DNA of 64,000 nt, taken from Rhodoferax sp. OV413. Its GTDB lineage: Bacteria > Pseudomonadota > Gammaproteobacteria > Burkholderiales > Burkholderiaceae_C. The notes below the pieces were generated by a model that was not told the origin of the DNA, did no database searches, and saw only the letters and a list, made by a program, of their open reading frames with translations. Both the position numbers and the translations under genes were made by a program. Below are positions 18,795-28,516 of this stretch, piece after piece; within the stretch, counting starts at the first letter, position 1; every line of letters starts with the position of its first letter. The stretch is from positions 13,730 through 77,729 of the forward strand of contig CAMAWD010000007.1 in assembly GCA_945861785.1 (NCBI GenBank). Direction: 5' to 3'.

Positions 18795-19751
18795 ATGCGC
18801 GGCCTGATCTTCAAGCGCCTGCTCGACCTGGCCGGCGTGTTGCTGGGCGTGTCGATCCTGGTGTTCCTGATGATCCGGCTGATCCCTGGCGATGCCGCGC
18901 AGGTGATGCTCGGCGCCAGCGGCGACGCCAGCGAAGAGCAGGTGCAGCAGCTGCGCCTGAAGCTGGGCCTGAACGACCCGGTGCCGGTGCAGTACCTGCG
19001 CTGGATCGGCAACATGGCGCAAGGCGATTTCGGCGTCAGCATCTGGACCGGCAAACCGGTGATGGACGACATCGCACAACGCATCGGTGTCACGGCCGAA
19101 CTTACCTTCCTCTCCCTGCTGCTGGCGGTGGTCTTCTCGATCCCGGCGGGGGCCCTGATGGCGTATTTCCGGGGCAGCGTGTCGGACGTGCTGATGCGCA
19201 TCATCACCATCACCGGCGTGACCATGCCGGCCTTCTGGCTCGGTGCGCTGTTGATCTTCGGCTGGGCGATCTGGTTTCCCAACTGGCAGACCCTGGGCTC
19301 GATTCCGCCTTTTTCCGAAGACCCCTGGTCGCACCTGCAGCGCATGTTCCTGCCCACGCTGACCTGCGCCCTGCCGGTGATCGCCTCGCTGGCGCGCATC
19401 ATGCGGTCGGCCATGATCGATGCGCTGGGGCAGGACTACATCCGCACGGCGCGCTCCAAGGGCCTGGACGAGTGGACGGTCACCTTCAAACACGCGCTGC
19501 GCAACTCGCTGATCCCGTTTGTCACTGCGCTGGGCATCATGGCGGGGTACCTTTTCAGCGGTGCGATCGTGGTCGAACAGGTGTATGCCATACCAGGTCT
19601 GGGGCGCCTGATGCTCGGCGCCATCGCAGACCGCAATTACCCGCTGATCCAGACTTCGATCCTGGTGGTGACCTGCGCCTTCGTGGTCATCAATGCCGTG
19701 ATCGACCTGTTGTACCGGGTGATCGACAAACGCGCGGGGGCTGCGTCATGA
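18795..19751 (+). CDS. ABC permease (OppB/DppB-like)
   Basis: IPGDAA, GDFGVSI, EAA-loop DYIRTARSKGL, IPGLGRL. Confidence 0.95.
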   Translation: MRGLIFKRLLDLAGVLLGVSILVFLMIRLIPGDAAQVMLGASGDASEEQVQQLRLKLGLNDPVPVQYLRWIGNMAQGDFGVSIWTGKPVMDDIAQRIGVTAELTFLSLLLAVVFSIPAGALMAYFRGSVSDVLMRIITITGVTMPAFWLGALLIFGWAIWFPNWQTLGSIPPFSEDPWSHLQRMFLPTLTCALPVIASLARIMRSAMIDALGQDYIRTARSKGLDEWTVTFKHALRNSLIPFVTALGIMAGYLFSGAIVVEQVYAIPGLGRLMLGAIADRNYPLIQTSILVVTCAFVVINAVIDLLYRVIDKRAGAAS

Positions 19752-20599
19752 TCAGCCGCTGGTTCAACCACGTGGGGCGCGACTTCGTGCGCAACCCGAT
19801 CCTGATGCTGGCGCTGACCCTGGTGCTGCTGCAGGTGCTGATTTCAGTGTTTGCCAGCCTGATCGCGCCCTACGACCCGGTGGCGCAGGCGGTGGAGGCG
19901 CGCATGGCGCCGCCGAGTGGCGAGTTCCTGCTGGGCACCGACAAGCTCGGGCGCGACGTGTTGTCGCGCATCATCCACGGCTACCGGTCCTCGCTGGGCA
20001 TTGCGTTCTCGGCGGTGTTCGTGGCGCTGCTCTTGGGCGGCAGCCTGGGCATCTGGGCCGGCTACAAGGGCGGCTGGATCGACCGCGTGGTGATGCGCCT
20101 GGCCGACGTGTTGTTCGCCTTCCCGATCATCCTGCTGGCCATCGGCGTGATCGCCATCCTGGGCACCAACACCGCCTCCACCGTGGTCGCGATCGCGGTC
20201 GTGTATTCGCCCATCTTCGCGCGGCTGATGCGTGCACCCACGCTGGTGCTGCGCAGTGCAGACTACGTACACGCGGCCCGCAGTTTCGGCGCCGGCGACC
20301 TGCGCATCGTCGTGCAGCACATCATGCCCAACCTGATGAGTGTGATCCTGGTGCAGGCCAGCCTCTCGTTGTCCACGGCCATCCTGCTGGAGGCCAGCCT
20401 GTCGTTCCTGGGCATTGGCGCACAACCGCCGGCGCCGTCGCTGGGGCGCATGTTGTCGGAAGGGCGCGACTACATGTTCATGGCACCCTGGGCGAGTTTA
20501 TTTTCCGGTCTGGCTATCCTCCTGGCGTCGCTGGGTTTCAACCTGCTGGGCGATGGCCTGCGCGACCGGCTGGATCCGCGCCTGCGCGGGATCGACTGA
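19748..20599 (+). CDS. ABC permease (OppC/DppC-like)
   Basis: LGTDKLGRDVLSRII, DYVHAARSFGA, HIMPN, NLLGDGLRDRLDP; ATGA overlap. Confidence 0.95.
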   Translation: MISRWFNHVGRDFVRNPILMLALTLVLLQVLISVFASLIAPYDPVAQAVEARMAPPSGEFLLGTDKLGRDVLSRIIHGYRSSLGIAFSAVFVALLLGGSLGIWAGYKGGWIDRVVMRLADVLFAFPIILLAIGVIAILGTNTASTVVAIAVVYSPIFARLMRAPTLVLRSADYVHAARSFGAGDLRIVVQHIMPNLMSVILVQASLSLSTAILLEASLSFLGIGAQPPAPSLGRMLSEGRDYMFMAPWASLFSGLAILLASLGFNLLGDGLRDRLDPRLRGID

Positions 20600-20633
20600 A
20601 GTAATTCACGCGTCCGTCGCGGGAAAGGTGGGC

Positions 20634-21767
20634 ATGGCGGTAGAGATTTATGGCGGTGCAATGTCAGGCACCAGCCTCGATGGCGTGGATGTGGTGCTGG
20701 CTGGTTTCGAAGGCGCGGACGGCGGCCTGTCGGATGCCAACGTCAAGGTGCTGGCGCATGTCTACACGCCGTACCCGGTGGCTTTGCGCGAAGAGATCCT
20801 GGGCATATGCCATGGCCAGCCGTTGACGCTGCCGCACTTGGGTGTGGTCGACCTGGCCATTGCCCGCAAATATGTCGAGGCGATCCGTGCGGCATTGTCC
20901 GCAGCCGGCCTGACCCCGTCGGAGGTGAAGGCAGTCGGTGTGCATGGCCAGACGGTCTACCACCAGCCGCTGGGCCCCGACCGTTTCACGATGCAGATCG
21001 GCGACCCGAACACCATCGCCGTGGGCACCGGCGTGCCGGTGGTGGCCGATTTCCGCCGGCGCGACATGGCACTGGGCGGGCAGGGCGCGCCACTCGCCCC
21101 GGCTTTCCACGACCATTGGTTCCGCCACGCCAGCCGCACGCGCGTGGTGCTCAATGGCGGGGGCATCGCCAACATCACGGCCCTGCGGCCTGGTCAGGAC
21201 ACCTATGGTTTCGATACCGGCCCGGCGAATGTGCTGATGGACGGCTGGTGCACTGCAAAGACCGGCCGGCCGTACGACGACAAGGGGCAGTGGGCGCGCA
21301 GCGGCAAGGTGCTCGACCGCTTGCTCGCCACGATGCTGCAGGAGCCCTATCTGAAGTTGCCCCATCCAAAGAGCACCGGGCGCGAGCTTTTCCACATGCA
21401 GTGGTTGCAGGCGTGTACCACCGGCAGTGCTTGTCAGCACGCGGCGGATGCCGACGTGATGCGCACACTGCTGGAGTTCACCGTGCGCACGGTGTCCGAC
21501 GCCGTGGCGCCGGTGGACGCGACCGGCGGCGAGTTGTTTGTCTGCGGTGGCGCCGCGATGAACGACTTTTTCATGCAGTGCCTGGCCGATGCCCTGCCGC
21601 AGTGGGCCGTGCAGAGCACCGCGGCGCGCGGCATTGCCCCCGACCAGGTAGAGGCGATCGCCTTTGCGAGTTTTGCGCGCCGCACCGTGCTGGGCCTGCC
21701 GGGCAACCTGCCGTCGGTCACCGGCGCCAGCCGCCCATGTGTTCTGGGGGCTCTGTATGCCGTCTGA
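20634..21767 (+). CDS. anmK: Anhydro-N-acetylmuramic acid kinase
   Basis: MSGTSLDGVD, HGQT, DFRRRDMALGGQGAPL, GGIANIT, FDTGPAN, KSTGRELF, EAIAFA. Confidence 0.93.
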   Translation: MAVEIYGGAMSGTSLDGVDVVLAGFEGADGGLSDANVKVLAHVYTPYPVALREEILGICHGQPLTLPHLGVVDLAIARKYVEAIRAALSAAGLTPSEVKAVGVHGQTVYHQPLGPDRFTMQIGDPNTIAVGTGVPVVADFRRRDMALGGQGAPLAPAFHDHWFRHASRTRVVLNGGGIANITALRPGQDTYGFDTGPANVLMDGWCTAKTGRPYDDKGQWARSGKVLDRLLATMLQEPYLKLPHPKSTGRELFHMQWLQACTTGSACQHAADADVMRTLLEFTVRTVSDAVAPVDATGGELFVCGGAAMNDFFMQCLADALPQWAVQSTAARGIAPDQVEAIAFASFARRTVLGLPGNLPSVTGASRPCVLGALYAV

Positions 21768-22449
21768 CACCGCCACCGAGGCCCATGAGCAGCAGATCCT
21801 CGACTGCTGGCACCAGAACGCCGACCCCTGGGTCGATGCCATCCGCAATCAGGAGATCGCCAGCCGTGTGCTGGCGACCAACCAGGCGATAGAAAATGCG
21901 ATTCTCGCGACCCAGCCTTCCAGCGTGATCGATGCGGGCTGTGGCGAAGGCTGGCTGGTGCGCCGGCTCGTCGCCTGCGGCATCGCGGCGCGCGGGCTGG
22001 ACGTTGTGCCCGCGCTGATCGGGTCGGCGAAGCGCCAGGGGGGCGAGTTTGCCGTGGCCAGCTACGACGACATCGCGCGTGGCGCCGTCGCATGGCGCGC
22101 CGACACGGTCAGTTGCAACTTTGCCCTGATCGGCAAGGAGTCGACCGAACAACTGCTGCGCGGTGTGGCCACCTTGCTGAACCCCGGCGGGCACTTCATC
22201 GTGCAGACACTGCACCCGGTGGAGGCCTGCGGCACCCAGCCCTGTGAGGACGGCTGGCGCCAGGGAACGTGGGACGGTTTCAACCAGCGTTTCGTGAATG
22301 CCGCACCCTGGTATTTCCGCACGCTGGAGAGCTGGCGCGCATTGTTCGTGACCTGCGGCCTGCGGCTGGTGAGCGAGCACTGGCCGGTCCATCCGCGCAC
22401 GGGGCGGCCGGCGTCGGTGGTGTTTGTGGCGGTGGTGGCTGCGGTTTAG
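21757..22449 (+). CDS. Class I SAM-dependent methyltransferase
   Basis: VIDAGCGEGW motif I; overlaps the anmK stop. Confidence 0.88.
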   Translation: MPSDTATEAHEQQILDCWHQNADPWVDAIRNQEIASRVLATNQAIENAILATQPSSVIDAGCGEGWLVRRLVACGIAARGLDVVPALIGSAKRQGGEFAVASYDDIARGAVAWRADTVSCNFALIGKESTEQLLRGVATLLNPGGHFIVQTLHPVEACGTQPCEDGWRQGTWDGFNQRFVNAAPWYFRTLESWRALFVTCGLRLVSEHWPVHPRTGRPASVVFVAVVAAV

Positions 22450-22533
22450 CGGCAGCCAGGATGGCGACTCGTCACTGGATCACCTCGTTGGCCAGCAGCA
22501 GCGACAGCGGAGACTCAGGCCCCAGGGCCTGGT

Positions 22534-23427
22534 TCAATCCACCGGCGGGAAGTTGACCCTCTCGTCGCGCAGCCGGAACTGCCATGCCAGGTGAAGTACC
22601 AGCGCCAGGATCACCACGCCGCCGCCGACCAGCGTGCGATTGCCCGGCACTTCGCCGTGCACCAGCCAGACCCAGACCGGCCCCAGCACGGGTTCGACAG
22701 TGCCGATCAGCGCGGCGAGCGCGGCGGGCAGCAGGCGCACCCCGGTCACGAACAGCGCCATGCCCAGGCCGAGGTTGAGTGCGCCGAAGACGAACAGCAG
22801 CGCGGCATCCGCCGGGCTGACCTGCAACTGCCCGGCCATCGTCCCGCCTACCGTCGCCGCGATGACCGTGCCAAGAAAGACGGCCGGCATCATGCCCACC
22901 TGCGCATGGCGGCGTGTGAGCACCGTGGCCCCAGCCACCGCCACCGACATCAGCAGCGCCAGGCCGTCGCCGACGGGCGAGACGCGCCCGGCCACCGAAT
23001 TCGACACCATGATGCCCACGCCGGCAATCACGGCCGCGATGGCCAACCAGGTGGCCAATCCGATGCGTTCGCGAAAAAGCACTGCGCCAGCCAGCGCGGC
23101 AAACAGCGGCGCCCCCGCCTGCATGAGCAGGATATTGGCGACCGTGGTGTAACCCAGCGCCACCACGAAGCAGGTCGATGCAGTTGCAAAACACACGCCG
23201 ACCGCGACCCCGGCCCAGCCCATCGAGCGGAACAGCTGCAGCGTGCCGGCACGGCCTTCACGCCACAGCATGAAACCCAGCAGGAACAGCGCCGCACACA
23301 CCGAGCGCCAGAAAATGGCCGTCCAGCTGTCGGTGACGCTCAGGTAGCGTGCAATGGCGCCGCCAAAACTCCAGACTGCCGCCGACCCGAAAACCAGCAG
23401 CGCCCCGCGCCGCTCGATGCCGACCAT
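22534..23427 (-). CDS. DMT/EamA-family transporter
   Basis: About 10 hydrophobic segments, LFRERI and EPVLG repeats. Confidence 0.9.
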   Translation of the reverse strand: MVGIERRGALLVFGSAAVWSFGGAIARYLSVTDSWTAIFWRSVCAALFLLGFMLWREGRAGTLQLFRSMGWAGVAVGVCFATASTCFVVALGYTTVANILLMQAGAPLFAALAGAVLFRERIGLATWLAIAAVIAGVGIMVSNSVAGRVSPVGDGLALLMSVAVAGATVLTRRHAQVGMMPAVFLGTVIAATVGGTMAGQLQVSPADAALLFVFGALNLGLGMALFVTGVRLLPAALAALIGTVEPVLGPVWVWLVHGEVPGNRTLVGGGVVILALVLHLAWQFRLRDERVNFPPVD

Positions 23428-23432
23428 CGCGC

Positions 23433-23813
23433 TCAGCGTTGGATCAGTTCGATCTTGTAGCCGTCCGGGTCGGTCACGAAAGCAATCACGGTGCTGCCGC
23501 CCTTGACCGGACCGGGCTCACGCGTGATGTTCCCGCCCGCCGCACGGATTTTCTCGCAGGCGGCATAGGCGTCGGGGACACCCAGCGCCACATGGCCGAA
23601 TGCGGTGCCCATGTCGTAGCTGTCGGTGCCCCAGTTGTAGGTGAGTTCCAGTTCGGCGTGGTCCGGGTTGGATCCGTAACCGACAAAGGCCAGGGTGTAT
23701 TTGTACTGCGGGTTCTCGGACTTGCGCAGCAACTGCATGCCCAGCACCTTGGTGTAGAAATCGATCGAGCGCTGCAGGTCGCCGACGCGCAGCATGGTGT
23801 GGAGAATTCGCAT
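23433..23813 (-). CDS. gloA: Lactoylglutathione lyase (glyoxalase I)
   Basis: [20 protein letters not shown]...ELTYNWG...[10 protein letters not shown]. Confidence 0.97.
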   Translation of the reverse strand: MRILHTMLRVGDLQRSIDFYTKVLGMQLLRKSENPQYKYTLAFVGYGSNPDHAELELTYNWGTDSYDMGTAFGHVALGVPDAYAACEKIRAAGGNITREPGPVKGGSTVIAFVTDPDGYKIELIQR

Positions 23814-23891
23814 GGGCAATGGGTTTCAGTGGGGAGGTGGTGTGGATTCTCCCACGGGCCCGGCGCGCTCCACGCGCTGGTCATGGCCGCG

Positions 23892-24326
23892 CTATATGGA
23901 TTGACCGCTGTCGGCCACCAGCACGCAACCTGCGATGCGCCAGGACTTGTCCTTTTGCTGTTGCACCCGGTACACCGCGAGCCAGGAACCGCCCTGGTCG
24001 TCGGTCATGTGCACGGGTTGGACGATGGTTTTCCCGTCGGCCTTGGGCGCCAGAAAACGAACCGAAGCCGGGCGGTAGACAACCGGGTAACTGGAGCGCA
24101 CCATCTGCATGAACTGGTCCGGGTTGCCGAACATCTGCTGGATGCTGGCTGCCGCATAAGAGAAGGCGCGCGGAGCGTCGTCGCCCGCGAACGCGGCAAG
24201 TTGGGCCCGGACCACAAGCTGCACCTGTTTTGTCTGGGAGGGGCCGACAGCCGCAGCTGCTGCCGGCACAAGACCCAGGCCCCATAAACCGAGCCACAGT
24301 ACCAGCACACGAACGAGTTTTTGCAT
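23892..24326 (-). CDS. Secreted protein, DUF4864-like
   Basis: Signal peptide, then VVRAQLAAFAGDDAPRAFSYA...FMQMVRSSYP. Confidence 0.75.
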   Translation of the reverse strand: MQKLVRVLVLWLGLWGLGLVPAAAAAVGPSQTKQVQLVVRAQLAAFAGDDAPRAFSYAAASIQQMFGNPDQFMQMVRSSYPVVYRPASVRFLAPKADGKTIVQPVHMTDDQGGSWLAVYRVQQQKDKSWRIAGCVLVADSGQSI

Positions 24327-24601
24327 CACGACACCCCGCTTGGCCAAGACGATACCCGGATGATGCCTGAAAAGTCAGCTCAGCGTGGCCAATATCAGCC
24401 TGGCGCTCGCGTTTGGACAGTTGTGGTGGGGCCTGACTCAGCCGTTTTCCGGTGCGATGGCCGATCGGGTCGGTGCCGCGCTGGTTCATTTGCCGATCCG
24501 TGAGGCGCACTTGACGCCACGCAGCGCCTGACGGTAATTGCCCCCTGATAATCGGCGGGCCGGCGCGCTTGCCGGTGCCATGCACCTTGAAGGAGAGCCG
24601 C

Positions 24602-25291
24602 ATGATCAAGGCCGGGATCGATCAGGATGCCCTCATCACGCTTTTTTCACAGGCCGGCGCGCGCCAGGGCGAAGTGGTTCGCAAGGCCGTATTCGAGGCT
24701 ACGCTGAAGGCCTTGCAAGGGCGTGAACTGACCCTCGAGAACATCCGCCGGGTGCTCAAGTCGGCGACCCTGGCCAGCTCCATGGGGGCGGCCAGCAACC
24801 AAGGCTCCCAGGAGGAAGTCGAGGCCCTGCTGGCCAAGGCCATCGCGGGCATGGACGCAGCCCTGCTCAAGGCGGTGCAGGCCAACCGTACCGCGTTGCA
24901 GCAGTTCATGGATCTTGGTGTCGGCCTGCAGGACGAGCACATGAAGACCGCTCTGGCCAACCTGGCCCGGCTGGAGGAGGTGTTCATCGCCGCAGTTGGC
25001 AAAGTGGCCGAGGTGGCTGCGGCGCCGCTGCAGGCGCCTTGGCACCATGTGATAGACCACATGAAGGACCATGGCACGTCGAGCGGCCTGCAGGCCACCC
25101 AGGTGGTCGCGCAATTGATGGAGCAGTCGCACATTGCCTTGCGCAGTGGCCGTGCCGCCAGTGTTCGCGCGGCGCAGTCGATGATGGAGAGTTATGCCTC
25201 GCTGGTCAGCGGGGTGTTGCTGGGAATGTCCGAGGGCATGGGCAAGGCGGCGTCCGGGGGCCACACGGAAAAACGTGCCGCGCGCAAGTAG
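24602..25291 (+). CDS. Helical hypothetical protein (DUF6781-like)
   Basis: Ala/Leu-rich amphipathic sequence, GGAG RBS; family name from recall only. Confidence 0.6.
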   Translation: MIKAGIDQDALITLFSQAGARQGEVVRKAVFEATLKALQGRELTLENIRRVLKSATLASSMGAASNQGSQEEVEALLAKAIAGMDAALLKAVQANRTALQQFMDLGVGLQDEHMKTALANLARLEEVFIAAVGKVAEVAAAPLQAPWHHVIDHMKDHGTSSGLQATQVVAQLMEQSHIALRSGRAASVRAAQSMMESYASLVSGVLLGMSEGMGKAASGGHTEKRAARK

Positions 25292-26024
25292 GACCTGGCC
25301 TGGCCGGGGGCAGTTGGCCGCGGTGCTGTGCTGGGCTGCGTTGGCGCTGTCCGCCCGTGCCGGCGCGCGGTTCGAGGATTCAATCGCCCAGCGCACCTTG
25401 CCGTGTGCCACCTGCCACGGCAAGCAGGGGCGGGCGGCGCCCGACGGCTACTACCCGCGCATCGCCGGCAAACCGGCCGGTTACCTGCTCAACCAGTTGC
25501 GCAACTTCCGTGATGGCCGGCGTCACTACGGTCTGATGGCCGCCATGGTCGATCCACTTTCCGACGCCTATCTGCAGGAGATCGCCAACCACTTCGCAGC
25601 GCTGGAATTGCCCTACCCGGCACCGCAGCCACCACAGGTTTCCGGCGCCGACCTGGTGCGCGGCGAGGCACTGGTGCGCCGGGGTGACACCGCGCGGCAA
25701 CTGCCCGCCTGCGTGTCCTGCCACGGCGACCGGTTGACCGGTGTGTTGCCCCATGTCCCCGGTTTGCTCGGTTTGCCGCGTGATTACCTCAACAGCCAGC
25801 TTGGCGCCTGGAAAACCGGCCAGCGCCGCGCCCATGCGCCGGACTGCATGGCCCAGCTTGTGCGTCGCCTGAGTGATGGCGACATTTCCGCCATCACAGG
25901 CTGGCTGGCCGCGCAACCTGTACCCACAGATGCGCGCCCTTCGGCCAAGCTGCCGTTGCGCCAGGCCGGCCCGGGAGCCATGTCCTGCGGGAGCGCGCCG
26001 GAACTGGGGGGTGGCCCGCCATGA
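25275..26024 (+). CDS. Di-heme cytochrome c4-like protein
   Basis: Two CxxCH motifs (CATCH, CVSCH) and YPRIAG; start uncertain (GTG 25275 or TTG 25314). Confidence 0.85.
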   Translation: MPRASRTWPGRGQLAAVLCWAALALSARAGARFEDSIAQRTLPCATCHGKQGRAAPDGYYPRIAGKPAGYLLNQLRNFRDGRRHYGLMAAMVDPLSDAYLQEIANHFAALELPYPAPQPPQVSGADLVRGEALVRRGDTARQLPACVSCHGDRLTGVLPHVPGLLGLPRDYLNSQLGAWKTGQRRAHAPDCMAQLVRRLSDGDISAITGWLAAQPVPTDARPSAKLPLRQAGPGAMSCGSAPELGGGPP

Positions 26025-27301
26025 GGCGATGGGCGTGGCCGTTTGCCACCGCCGTTGTCGTGGTGTGTGGCGCTGCGCTGCTGGTGTGGCAACTGGGCAT
26101 GCGCGTACCGCCCGTCGCCGACACGCTTCCAGAGGTCGCGGCGGCTGGCACACACCAGATCGCCCGGGGCGCCTACCTGGCCCGCGCCGGCAACTGCATG
26201 GCTTGCCATACCCGCCGTGGCGGGGCACCCTATGCCGGCGGGCGCCAGATCGAGACGCCATTTGGTGCGGTGTTCACCAGCAATCTCACACCCGACCCGC
26301 AGACCGGCCTGGGTGCGTGGTCGGCCGCGGACTTCTGGCGTGCAATGCACCACGGCCGCGCGCGCGACGGTGGTTTGTTGCTGCCTGTCTTCCCGTACAC
26401 CAACTACACGCAGGTCACGCGGGAAGACGCGGATGCGCTGTTCGCCTACCTGAAGAGCTTGCCTGCGGTCACGCAAGCCAACCCGCGGCACGACCTGCGC
26501 TGGCCTTACAACAGCCAGTGGGCGCTCGCGGTCTGGCGTGCGCTCTATTTTCGGCCTGGCAGTTTGGAGGTGCAGCCGGCGCAGAGTGCCGCATGGAACC
26601 GCGGTGCCTATCTGGTGCGCGGGTTGGGCCACTGCAACGCCTGCCACGCCGCGCGCAACATACTGGGTGCCAGCGGCGATGCGCTGAATCTGGAGGGCGG
26701 GCAGATGCCCATGCAAGGCTGGTATGCGCCGTCCCTGCTGCGGGCGGACGAAGCCGCAGTGGCAGACTGGGACATCGCCGATGTGGTTCAGCTGCTCCAG
26801 ACCGGTGTGTCTGCGCGAGGTTCGGCCCTGGGCCCCATGGCCGAAGTGGTGCTGCACAGCACCCAGTACCTGACTGGCGAGGACCTTCAGGCGATGGCGG
26901 TTTACCTGCGGGCCTTGCCGGGTGCCACAGCCGGCGTGGCCGAGCCACGTCCGGGACCGGATCGAAGCCCTGAAGCGGGTGCCAGGTTGTACGGCCGGCA
27001 CTGCGCGGACTGCCACGGCGACAAGGGCGAGGGTTTCGGCACGGCCTACCCGGCATTGGCCGGCAACCGCGCGGTGCGGATGGCCCATGTGGCCAATCTG
27101 GTTCAGGTGGTGCTGCGCGGCGGGTTCGCGCCGTCGACGGCTGGCAACCCACGGCCGTTTGGCATGCCACCGTTCCAGATGGTGTTGGGTGACAAGGAAG
27201 TAGCGGCTGTCATCACCCACATCCGCAGTGCCTGGGGCAACCAGGCCGGGGAAGTCACGGAGCTCGACGTCGCACGCCTGCGCGGCGGCGCGCAACGCTG
27301 A
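26021..27301 (+). CDS. Membrane-anchored tri-heme cytochrome c (dehydrogenase cytochrome-subunit-like)
   Basis: Three CxxCH motifs (CMACH, CNACH, CADCH), NLTPDPQTGLG, N-terminal TM; ATGA overlap. Confidence 0.92.
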   Translation: MRRWAWPFATAVVVVCGAALLVWQLGMRVPPVADTLPEVAAAGTHQIARGAYLARAGNCMACHTRRGGAPYAGGRQIETPFGAVFTSNLTPDPQTGLGAWSAADFWRAMHHGRARDGGLLLPVFPYTNYTQVTREDADALFAYLKSLPAVTQANPRHDLRWPYNSQWALAVWRALYFRPGSLEVQPAQSAAWNRGAYLVRGLGHCNACHAARNILGASGDALNLEGGQMPMQGWYAPSLLRADEAAVADWDIADVVQLLQTGVSARGSALGPMAEVVLHSTQYLTGEDLQAMAVYLRALPGATAGVAEPRPGPDRSPEAGARLYGRHCADCHGDKGEGFGTAYPALAGNRAVRMAHVANLVQVVLRGGFAPSTAGNPRPFGMPPFQMVLGDKEVAAVITHIRSAWGNQAGEVTELDVARLRGGAQR

Positions 27302-27320
27302 GCAGCAAAATACGCCGCGC

Positions 27321-27653
27321 TCAGCGTGGCTGCCCGCGCAACAGGTCGGCCACAAAGGCGGGAACAAGCCCGCGCAGGCTGCGCCAGGTGCGCCAAGCCA
27401 GCAGGCCGCGCAGCGTCCAGCGCCACACGAAACGCGGCTTGAACACAAGGACGGCAGCCACCGCGGTGCCAACAAGGTAAGGGTGTTCGCGGACAAAGGC
27501 CCGTGTTTCGTCGAGCAGGGCAGCCAGCCTGGCCGGCATCGCCAGAGGGGCAATCAGTGGTTCGATCTCGCGTGCCAGCGCCTGGCGCTGGTGCGTTATG
27601 CGTTCCAGCAGCCGACCGCGCTGCGTGTGGAGTTTAATCAGGCGTGCCTGCAT
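27321..27653 (-). CDS. yqjK: YqjK-like protein
   Basis: Third gene of an elaB/yqjE/yqjK-type triad; basic N-terminus, hydrophobic segment, WR-rich end. Confidence 0.7.
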   Translation of the reverse strand: MQARLIKLHTQRGRLLERITHQRQALAREIEPLIAPLAMPARLAALLDETRAFVREHPYLVGTAVAAVLVFKPRFVWRWTLRGLLAWRTWRSLRGLVPAFVADLLRGQPR

Positions 27654-28038
27654 GGCCACTGGCCGCCTTCAGGTTGCGGATGTCTTCACGGAGCTCGGCC
27701 AGCGTGGCCGAAAAAGCCGGTTCCGGTGTGTTGATGGCGCGCATCAGTGCACGGTAGAACAGGCCTGCGGCACCGACGAAAACCGCCGCCAGCGCCCCCA
27801 CGACAAGCAGGCGTTGCTCCCAGGCCAGCATGGCCAGCAGCAGGGCCAGCAGCAACACGCCGACCCCGGCGCAGAACATCAGGGCCAGCCCCAGCAGCAG
27901 CATGCGCAAGGCATGGAGCTTCTGGGCTTCGATTTCGTTGCCGAGCAATTCCAGCCGCGTCTGGCCCATCGCCAGCAGGCTGGCGGCAACGGCTTTGATC
28001 GACGCGAAGAGACCTTCGGGCGGCCGTGCGGCGCTCAT
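27634..28038 (-). CDS. yqjE: YqjE / phage-holin-family membrane protein
   Basis: QTRLELLGNE, two TM segments, FSATLAELRED. Confidence 0.8.
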   Translation of the reverse strand: MSAARPPEGLFASIKAVAASLLAMGQTRLELLGNEIEAQKLHALRMLLLGLALMFCAGVGVLLLALLLAMLAWEQRLLVVGALAAVFVGAAGLFYRALMRAINTPEPAFSATLAELREDIRNLKAASGHAGTPD

Positions 28039-28080
28039 TCTATTCGCCGCACCCACCGGCCGGCGGGTGCCGGTTGGCGA

Positions 28081-28401
28081 TCAGCGACGGCCAAGAATCA
28101 GCCCGAGCAGCAGACCGACGCCGGCCGCGATGCCAACGGCGGCCCAGGGAGACTCGTGCACGTAGGCGTCGGTGGCGCGGGCTGCGGCCCGGGACTTGGT
28201 GACCAATGCGGCCTCGGCGTCGAGCAGGCGAACACGGGCACCCTTGAGGCGCTCCTGGATGCGAGCGCGCATGCCTGCCACCTTTTCGCCGGCCTGGTCG
28301 GCGGTTGCGTGCAGCATGTCTTCGGCGTCGGCGATGGCCGACTTCATGTCGCTGACGAGTTGTTGCTGGTTGCTGATGTTGGATGCAAGTGTTTCAGACA
28401 T
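28081..28401 (-). CDS. yqjD: ElaB/YqjD/DUF883 tail-anchored protein
   Basis: C-terminal YVHESPWAAVGIAAGVGLLLGLILGRR. Confidence 0.9.
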   Translation of the reverse strand: MSETLASNISNQQQLVSDMKSAIADAEDMLHATADQAGEKVAGMRARIQERLKGARVRLLDAEAALVTKSRAAARATDAYVHESPWAAVGIAAGVGLLLGLILGRR

Positions 28402-28516
28402 GGAAAGTCCCTTCTGGATGGTTGATGCCGGCGTCGGGAGGTTATCAGATTGGACGTCAGGGAACCGAGGCCAAGCCCCCAACAATTGATCAGCATCACA
28501 GAAGCTCGCCAGCGCG

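Noticed and set aside
26001-26020. GAACTGGGGGGTGGCCCGCC as a third, decayed copy of the narG element
   Set aside because: Only a short partial match in G-rich sequence and no inner hairpins; could be chance.
27634-28038. Phage holin implying a prophage
   Set aside because: It is the chromosomal YqjE homologue in the yqjDEK-type triad; no phage genes nearby.
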